DNA from: an uncultured virus (IMG/VR IMGVR_UViG_3300010158_000044)
Taxonomy: Duplodnaviria > Heunggongvirae > Uroviricota > Caudoviricetes
Virus record (IMG/VR): IMGVR_UViG_3300010158_000044
Length of the DNA stretch: 29,727 nt
Strand: one strand, 5' to 3'
Below the pieces are notes generated by a model. That model worked only from the letters and a program-made list of their open reading frames with translations, did no database searches and was not told the origin of the DNA. Within the stretch, counting starts at the first letter, position 1, and the number at the start of each line of letters is the position of its first letter. This document shows positions 7,810 through 13,721 of the stretch, piece by piece. The translations under genes and the position numbers were made by a program.

Positions 7810-7941
7810 TTACTTAGCCTTTGCCTTAGCCTTACAGGTCTTACATACATAAGACGAGCCGATAGTAACGAGGTGCATTACTTCAGCCCCGCGTATCTCT
7901 TGCTTGCTCTTGCACTTAGCGCAATAGATGGTTGCGTTCAT
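7810..7941 (-). CDS. Small zinc-ribbon protein (43 aa)
   Basis: Manual translation MNATIYCAKCKSKQEIRGAEVMHLVTIGSSYVCKTCKAKAKAK (two CxxC); SD GAAAGG. Confidence 0.7.
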   Translation of the reverse strand: MNATIYCAKCKSKQEIRGAEVMHLVTIGSSYVCKTCKAKAKAK

Positions 7942-7983
7942 AGCATTACCTTTCGTGGGTGGGATTGTTTATGTCGGGCGAAA

Positions 7984-8390
7984 ATCGGCGGGGATACCGA
8001 TGGCTCTCTGTGTAGATAGAGAGTGAGAGAGACATAAGGAACAGAGACCATACACGCTCACTAAGAAGCCTCAGTCATAAGTCTTATGTCTCTTCCACTA
8101 ACTACCTAGTAACTACCTGCTCATAGAGTAGCCCCCTAGCCGTAGGCCTGGTGGTACTCACAATGATCATAGATAGTTGCCGACAGTAGCCTGAATAGAC
8201 TCCCCACTCCCAATGATGGGAGATAGGGAGCCTATTCGTTAGCAGGACACCGAATTGCGGGCGTGGATTGCTCTGGGGGGCTAGACATTACACCTAGCAC
8301 TGAGCCGATTGGTCGGCATACCCCATCTATGACCATAGAGACTATGACCATAGATAGAGGCAGGGGGAGAACCTAATCCCCCCCTGCTCT
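7984..8390 (-). ncRNA. ~400-nt non-coding region dense in nested inverted repeats (putative structured RNA or regulatory region)
   Basis: Helices at 8028-8038/8083-8093, 8129-8136/8276-8283, 8193-8237 (G-U pairs on the minus strand) and 8360-8387; tandem CTATGACCATAGA. No ORF of 60 aa or more in the track. Confidence 0.55.
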
Positions 8391-8404
8391 ACCGAGTTAT
8401 GCGA

Positions 8405-8977
8405 TTAGGAGATTAACGCTGGCTCTGGTGCGCTCATAACTGCCTTGACCTTCGCTGAAGTCTTGGCAGATTCGTAACGCTTGATGACCGCCTTGAGTGC
8501 CTTGATGTAGTCATCTTGCTCTTCATCTGGTGTGAAGACAATAGACTCATCATCTAAGCGAGAAGCAGACTTAAGGAGTGCCTTGCCACCTACGCCAGAA
8601 GTATTATCTTCTTGACGCTTGGCTTGGCTTACCTTAGTTAGACGCTTGACCGCCTTCTTGTATGACTCGACAACCTTCTCGAAGGTGTCGGCTTTCATTA
8701 CAGAGCGATACACTTCGGACTTACCAAGACGAGCCATCTTGTAGACGGCTGTCTTGTTCTCCTTAGTTGCGCCGTAGGTATAAAGCAACCAACCACCCAT
8801 AGCAAGACGACGGACTTCATCAGACTTTATTAGGTCTGATGCGTCGTTTATTGTGCTGTGGGGGAATTGTGCGAATACCCCTGCCACTTTTACAAAGCGG
8901 GCGGTTACTGCTGTTTCGCTATTGCCTTCTTCTAGGAAGATAGGCTCTAACGCTGTTGCTAGTGTGTGTGTGGACAT
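8405..8977 (-). CDS. Basic helical hypothetical protein, first gene of the leftward arm
   Basis: 190-aa ORF with SD AGGAGG. Confidence 0.8.
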   Translation of the reverse strand: MSTHTLATALEPIFLEEGNSETAVTARFVKVAGVFAQFPHSTINDASDLIKSDEVRRLAMGGWLLYTYGATKENKTAVYKMARLGKSEVYRSVMKADTFEKVVESYKKAVKRLTKVSQAKRQEDNTSGVGGKALLKSASRLDDESIVFTPDEEQDDYIKALKAVIKRYESAKTSAKVKAVMSAPEPALIS

Positions 8978-9401
8978 AATACTCCCCTCCTAAGGGAGAG
9001 AGAGCAGGGCCACTCGCCCTGCTCCCACCACCCCTGCTAGACTAGACGCCTAGCAGGGACAGAAGAAGCAGAGCGCACCACGCCCGCAGTATCTCTCGGC
9101 TTCCTACCGATACATACAACGATAAAAAATACATTCGACACCTTTGTCCCCCCCTACCCTTAAGTCGTTTAAGTCGTGTTTGTCCGCCAGGTGAGACGCA
9201 GGGTTGGGACTATTTTGAGCTATACAGTGGCCAAGGCAGTGTCCGATTTGTGACTTTGATCATAGTTTGATAAGTTGTGAGCGTAAAAACGGGTAACTCT
9301 CATCATAGTTGGTGAAAAAATGGCGGGGAATATGCTAAACTTCATGCAGAGTGCTCAAAATGAGGCTCTAATTAACTAATTTCGTCTAAGGAGAAATTAA
9401 A
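8978..9401. promoter_or_regulatory. Divergent control region between the leftward and rightward arms
   Basis: Strand switch; three hairpins (8982-8998, 9002-9024, 9032-9058); tandem TAAGTCGT at about 9160-9178; ATCATAGTT twice; extended -10 TGCTAAACT at 9333-9341. Confidence 0.6.
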
Positions 9402-9851
9402 ATGGCAACATTTACTACTGGTTTAACACCAGATCGTTCAGAAATCACAATCTCAAACCTCTTTCCTCAGTTCAATCGCTGGGCAATCGGGTTTGATCCA
9501 CTATTTGACACATTTTCTCGTGTCTCTAGTGCAAAATCGAGCGGGTATCCTCCATACAACATCTTCAAATATAAGGACAATTACGTCCTAGAGATCGCTG
9601 TAGCAGGATTTGCTAAGGAAGATATCACCATCACTGTGAAAGAGCTTCAGCTGACCGTAGAAGGCGTTAAATTGCCATCTGTGGACGAGTATGTGCACAA
9701 GGGAATTGCTAACCGTGACTTCAAGCAGGACTTCGTATTAGCGGAGTATGTAGTAGTCAAGGGAGCAGAGATGAAGGATGGATTACTACGCATTAATCTA
9801 GCTCAGGAGCTACCCGAGGAGAAGAAGCCAAAGGTTATTGAAATCGCATAA
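9402..9851 (+). CDS. ibpA: Small heat-shock protein, Hsp20/IbpA family
   Basis: IGFD, YPPYNI, LEIAVAGF, YVHKGIANRDF, MKDGLLRI, PEEKKPKVIEI (IxI motif). Confidence 0.95.
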   Translation: MATFTTGLTPDRSEITISNLFPQFNRWAIGFDPLFDTFSRVSSAKSSGYPPYNIFKYKDNYVLEIAVAGFAKEDITITVKELQLTVEGVKLPSVDEYVHKGIANRDFKQDFVLAEYVVVKGAEMKDGLLRINLAQELPEEKKPKVIEIA

Positions 9852-9855
9852 TCTC

Positions 9856-9864
9856 TGGTAGAAT
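9856..9864 (+). promoter_or_regulatory. Extended -10 promoter element
   Basis: TGGTAGAAT (TGn-TAnnnT), followed by hairpin GCCTCAGTAGG/CCTACTGGGGC at 9878-9904. Confidence 0.5.
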
Positions 9865-9926
9865 ATTTAATAAGGACGCCTCAGTAGGTTATGCCTACTG
9901 GGGCTCCACAATTTTAGGAAGTAAAG

Positions 9927-10019
9927 ATGGATTTAGTAAAAGAAAAAGAAGTAAAAGAGTTAACAGAGCAAGAGAAGCAAGATCTATTCTGGCAGAGCCA
10001 AGTAAGCTTTGAGGAGTAA
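9927..10019 (+). CDS. Acidic micro-protein (30 aa)
   Basis: MDLVKEKEVKELTEQEKQDLFWQSQVSFEE; SD-like AGGAAG. Confidence 0.5.
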   Translation: MDLVKEKEVKELTEQEKQDLFWQSQVSFEE

Positions 10020-10052
10020 CTACATCAAGGCTTCCCGCCGAAAGGAGACGAA

Positions 10053-10157
10053 ATGCTAGATGTGTTATGTTATGACTGTGGAGTAATGTTCCAAGTTGAA
10101 GAAGGAACCAAGAATCCGACTAAGGCTCACAAGGAGTGCAAGAATGCCAACCTATGA
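10053..10157 (+). CDS. Micro zinc-binding protein (34 aa)
   Basis: MLDVLCYDCGVMFQVEEGTKNPTKAHKECKNANL (CxxC...HxxC); SD AAAGGAG. Confidence 0.6.
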   Translation: MLDVLCYDCGVMFQVEEGTKNPTKAHKECKNANL

Positions 10158-10314
10158 CTTTAGATGTGAACGCTGTAAGGTAGTCCATGAGATTACCCGT
10201 TCTTTTACTGATGTGAATACACCACCCTGCCCCGGGTGTGGCGATGAGCTAATCCGCATTTGGCAAGCAACCCCCGCACACTTTAAAGGTGGCGGCTGGG
10301 CTGGTAAAGAGTAG
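10144..10314 (+). CDS. FmdB-family zinc ribbon protein (56 aa)
   Basis: MPTYDFRCERC...CPGCG...FKGGGW signature; SD AAGGAG; start moved to ATG 10144. Confidence 0.9.
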   Translation: MPTYDFRCERCKVVHEITRSFTDVNTPPCPGCGDELIRIWQATPAHFKGGGWAGKE

Positions 10315-10323
10315 ACTTGACCA

Positions 10324-10779
10324 ATGGCAGCTAAAGGTGGTTTAGGTCCCGAGGGATACAAGCGTTTACAAGAAGCTGCTGATATGTTGTCGGGTAAGAA
10401 GGTTATTGCCTCCCGCAATGATGGTTTGGATATGCTTATCCCTAACCGCACTCTTGCACAGAGCAGCGATCCTGATTTTGGTATCGGGTATGAAGTTATG
10501 GATGCTAAGTCCTCAAACCCGCTAGGAAGAGCTAGAGCCCAGAGAATTGGGTATAACAAGGATCTTCAGTACTTAGCTATCCTGATGCGTGATGGAACCC
10601 TTGTAGGATATCCCGGCGTTACTGAAGATGAGTGGGATGACTACTCCAGCTTCTCTTCAACTACTGATTACATAGAAACAATTCTTTCCCGCTACTCTAA
10701 TGGTCGCTGGGAGAATAAGACTCTAGGTAACCTGCCTCAGAGCAACCCCCAAAACTTTACACAAGGCACTATCGATTAG
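10324..10779 (+). CDS. KTSC-like domain protein
   Basis: SSNP...IGYNKDLQYLAILMRDGTLVGYPGVTEDEWDDY...STTDYI follows the KTSC pattern. Confidence 0.65.
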   Translation: MAAKGGLGPEGYKRLQEAADMLSGKKVIASRNDGLDMLIPNRTLAQSSDPDFGIGYEVMDAKSSNPLGRARAQRIGYNKDLQYLAILMRDGTLVGYPGVTEDEWDDYSSFSSTTDYIETILSRYSNGRWENKTLGNLPQSNPQNFTQGTID

Positions 10780-10781
10780 TC

Positions 10782-10790
10782 TGATAGTAT
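10782..10790 (+). promoter_or_regulatory. Extended -10 promoter element
   Basis: TGATAGTAT, 26 nt upstream of the protease ATG. Confidence 0.45.
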
Positions 10791-10816
10791 TTACACCTAA
10801 CTACTGAGAGGGTTCT

Positions 10817-11383
10817 ATGACAACGCTTGTCGCTATACAAGGTGATGGCTGGTCCGTCATTGGATGCGATAGTCGTGCATCTAGTGAAGATGGTCGCTAT
10901 ATGGACCTTGCTACCTCTAAGGTTATAGATAATAACGGAATACTGATCGCAGTCTCCGGTGCTTCCCGTGGTGGAAATATTACACAGTTTGGTTGGAAAC
11001 CGCCTAAACCACGTGCTAATGAAAACTTAGATGTGTTTATTACAAATAGGTTTATACCCCAGATGCGTGAAACTTTTATAAAAGCCGGTTACGATGCCAA
11101 AGATGATGGCGATGCAGCTGGCCACGACTCTAGTCTTATCATTTCAGTTCGTGGAGTTATATACCCAATTTTTGAAGACTACTCGTGGGATCGTGAAGCC
11201 CGCAACGTTTACTACGCAGGTTCGGGTGGAGATGTAGCTCTAGGAGCACTTGAGGCTTTAGAGTACACAAAAGCTAAAAGTCCTGCAGTTGCCGAAAAAA
11301 TATTGCGTAAGGCCGTAGAGATTGCCTGTAAACATGATATTTATTCTGGCGGAAAAATCATTACACACATACAAACTGCCTAA
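10817..11383 (+). CDS. Proteasome-beta/HslV-like N-terminal-threonine (Ntn) protease
   Basis: M-T-T start, D17-S-R19, K34, G47, AGSGG and DIYSGG (numbering from Thr1). Confidence 0.9.
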   Translation: MTTLVAIQGDGWSVIGCDSRASSEDGRYMDLATSKVIDNNGILIAVSGASRGGNITQFGWKPPKPRANENLDVFITNRFIPQMRETFIKAGYDAKDDGDAAGHDSSLIISVRGVIYPIFEDYSWDREARNVYYAGSGGDVALGALEALEYTKAKSPAVAEKILRKAVEIACKHDIYSGGKIITHIQTA

Positions 11384-11453
11384 TCCTTAATACTATACTC
11401 CTGTCCCTAAGTGCACCGGGACGATAAACCCTCTATATAGAAAAGGTAAAATA

Positions 11454-12437
11454 ATGGCCGTAAATAATAATGGCAACTTGGTGGATACCTCCGGCAACGT
11501 TGCAGTAGATTTCGTATGGGGAAATTTCCCTATGCAACCAAATGATGATCGCACAGATGGAACAGCTGTTTCAGTTGTTGCTGCCGATGCATCTGAAAAC
11601 AAGCAGTGGACCGGATACTCAGTGTATCCAAGTGCTCGCCTAAACGCATCTTACGATAGCCACGCTATCGCAGAAGCAGAGTGGGCTAACTATCCTTCAT
11701 TTATTGCAGCTGAACCTAACTACATGGTTTCAGCAGTATCAGGTGATGGAACAACAGTTACATACACATGTCAGAATTACTTCACTGGTGGAGAGTCTGT
11801 AAACATTACTGGTCTTACAGCAAATGCTTACAACCTTTCATCAGCAACAGTTGTAAACCCACAAAAGACTTCATTCCAAGTTACTAACGCAGCAAACGCT
11901 GGAACTATTACAGGTCAACTTGGTAAGGTTCAATCAACAACTGCTCTTACAGCAGCTGATGGTTTTGGAATTAACTCAGGTGTTCCATACATTCAAGTAC
12001 CTTCAGTAATCGGTAAGACAACAGCTCTTGCTCTTGATGCTCTTAAGGATGCTGGTTACGAAGCAGCTAATATCACAACAGCAGCTGGCGCAACAAACGC
12101 AGCTTCAACAATCACAGCAGTTTCACGTACAGGTACAGCAGCAACAATCACCTCTTCAGGTGCTGGTGCTAAGTACCCAGTTGGAACTAAGATTACAGTT
12201 GCATCACTTGTATCACCAGATACTGCACTAAACGGTACTTGGACAGTTACAGCAGTTGCTACAAACACTGTTTCTTTCACAACCACAACATCAGGTACTC
12301 TTTCAACAACAGGTCTTTCTGTTGCTGGACTTACAGGTGTTGCTGGAACAATCAAGACTCAGTCAACAGCTGCAAATGCTGCCTCAACCGCAACAACAGC
12401 TACAATTACAATCACACCGTTTGCAACAGCTTCATAA
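11454..12437 (+). CDS. Thr/Ala-rich protein with a PASTA-like domain and two beta-rich modules (probable virion surface protein)
   Basis: IQVPSVIGKTTALALDALKDAG...GTIKTQS (PASTA-like); modules of the form V-x-A-x-S-G-x-x-x-x-T-Y...GxxVxIxG...N...V...SF. Confidence 0.7.
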   Translation: MAVNNNGNLVDTSGNVAVDFVWGNFPMQPNDDRTDGTAVSVVAADASENKQWTGYSVYPSARLNASYDSHAIAEAEWANYPSFIAAEPNYMVSAVSGDGTTVTYTCQNYFTGGESVNITGLTANAYNLSSATVVNPQKTSFQVTNAANAGTITGQLGKVQSTTALTAADGFGINSGVPYIQVPSVIGKTTALALDALKDAGYEAANITTAAGATNAASTITAVSRTGTAATITSSGAGAKYPVGTKITVASLVSPDTALNGTWTVTAVATNTVSFTTTTSGTLSTTGLSVAGLTGVAGTIKTQSTAANAASTATTATITITPFATAS

Positions 12438-12456
12438 TAGCAAAAACTAAATAGCG

Positions 12457-12490
12457 CAAAGGTCGGGAGAAATCCCGGCCTTTGGCATTT
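12457..12490 (+). terminator. Probable terminator
   Basis: CAAAGGTCGGGA-GAAA-TCCCGGCCTTTG followed by GCATTT. Confidence 0.7.
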
Positions 12491-12521
12491 CTAAGAGTTC
12501 TATTGGTGGGAGAATACGATT

Positions 12522-12818
12522 ATGACTCACACACACCATCATCTAAAAAAGCATGCAAAGCATAAGCATGATCACACTGTGTCTGTAGGACGTGGTGGGT
12601 TTTTGGTACCAGGGCAAAGTTGGTGGGGATGCTGGGGCAATAATTGTGATGGTAAGGGTAATGGTGATGAAAGTAACAACCACGAAGCTAGTGAAACGTC
12701 TCAACAAGAGAGTCAGGAGCAAGGCGATGGTGCAGCAGCAACAGCAGGCGGAGAGGCCGGAGAAGCGGGAGCAGTCTCAACCGGTTCAGGAGCTAGTGCT
12801 GGGGCCGGTGGTATGTGA
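12522..12818 (+). CDS. His-rich N-terminus, low-complexity Gly/Ala/Glu tail, hypothetical
   Basis: 98-aa ORF with SD GGGAG. Confidence 0.65.
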   Translation: MTHTHHHLKKHAKHKHDHTVSVGRGGFLVPGQSWWGCWGNNCDGKGNGDESNNHEASETSQQESQEQGDGAAATAGGEAGEAGAVSTGSGASAGAGGM

Positions 12819-12975
12819 CCAATGCTCTGCTAGAGCAAAGATGGAAGTATCATTAACGTCGGGGATTTTAACATTCTGTCTACATCACTATAATATTAAT
12901 GCCCAAGCGCTTACAGAAAAGGGCGGAATTGCTAAACTTCTTGACATATCAGGCGAAAAGGTAGGATTAGCATGA
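12796..12975 (+). CDS. Small CxxC...CxHH zinc-finger protein, actinobacterial type (59 aa)
   Basis: CDQCSARA...LTFCLHH; GTG start after AGGAG preferred over the 12592 start. Confidence 0.7.
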   Translation: MLGPVVCDQCSARAKMEVSLTSGILTFCLHHYNINAQALTEKGGIAKLLDISGEKVGLA

Positions 12976-13721
12976 AGAACACATTGAATAATGGTAGCGC
13001 CGTTCAGGCCAGTAATACCATCGGGGCAAACGGTGGCATCCTTGGTGCAATGGTCAAAAAGTGGCAGATGGATTATAACCACAATTTAGAGATGGATCGC
13101 ATCAAGCACAAAACTATAATGGGTCTTGCAGCAGAATCTGCTGGCGCTGCAATTCAACATCATTATAATACTGTTATGGAAGGCATCAAGACTTCAGAGC
13201 TTGATAAGCGTAACACTCGTCAAAACGAACTTGATCAGCAATTAGAACAAGCAAAGCATATTAATAAGACTGCACAACAAGATCAAGCTACTTCAGGAAA
13301 TATTAAACTTGCACAGAAAACTGCTGCAGCTGCTCGTGCTACAAAGAAACATGGAAATGTAACAGATCTTAACTCTATGAAAGCACTTAGCAAAAGTCTT
13401 AATGAAGGTACTGTTTCTCCATTTGTTGCTGGCCCAAATAGCATTCAAAATATTGGTCCTGGATTAACTCAGCATATTAATACACTATTCCCTGCTGCCG
13501 GAGCAGCTGGCAATACTAATACAAAAACTACTAACCCTAACCCAGGAACTCAACCTCCTACAAGTAAAGTTCGTAAGAAGAGTGCTCCTAAACCTCGTAC
13601 TACTCCAGTAGGCGCAACACCAAACCCATCTTCATCACCTGTTGTAACCCCGGCTGCAGCTCCTCAAGTAAAGCCTGCACGTCGTGCTAAGAAAGCTACT
13701 ATCGCAAAGGTTAATCCATAA
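12972..13721 (+). CDS. Hypothetical protein with coiled coil and basic Pro/Thr/Lys-rich tail
   Basis: 249-aa ORF, overlap-coupled on both sides. Confidence 0.8.
   Translation: MKNTLNNGSAVQASNTIGANGGILGAMVKKWQMDYNHNLEMDRIKHKTIMGLAAESAGAAIQHHYNTVMEGIKTSELDKRNTRQNELDQQLEQAKHINKTAQQDQATSGNIKLAQKTAAAARATKKHGNVTDLNSMKALSKSLNEGTVSPFVAGPNSIQNIGPGLTQHINTLFPAAGAAGNTNTKTTNPNPGTQPPTSKVRKKSAPKPRTTPVGATPNPSSSPVVTPAAAPQVKPARRAKKATIAKVNP

Noticed and set aside
7302..7997. GTTTCCCCGCC repeats as a CRISPR array (superficially like type I-E repeat starts)
   Set aside because: Repeats are only about 19-22 bp, separated by whole genes (over 250 bp), lack a consistent internal palindrome, and no cas genes are present. 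A solitary RNA anti-CRISPR-like role cannot be excluded but is unsupported.
12522..12818. Pup-like tag (disordered protein ending in GGM, near a proteasome-like gene)
   Set aside because: Pup needs a C-terminal GGE/GGQ and a conserved helical segment; neither is present.
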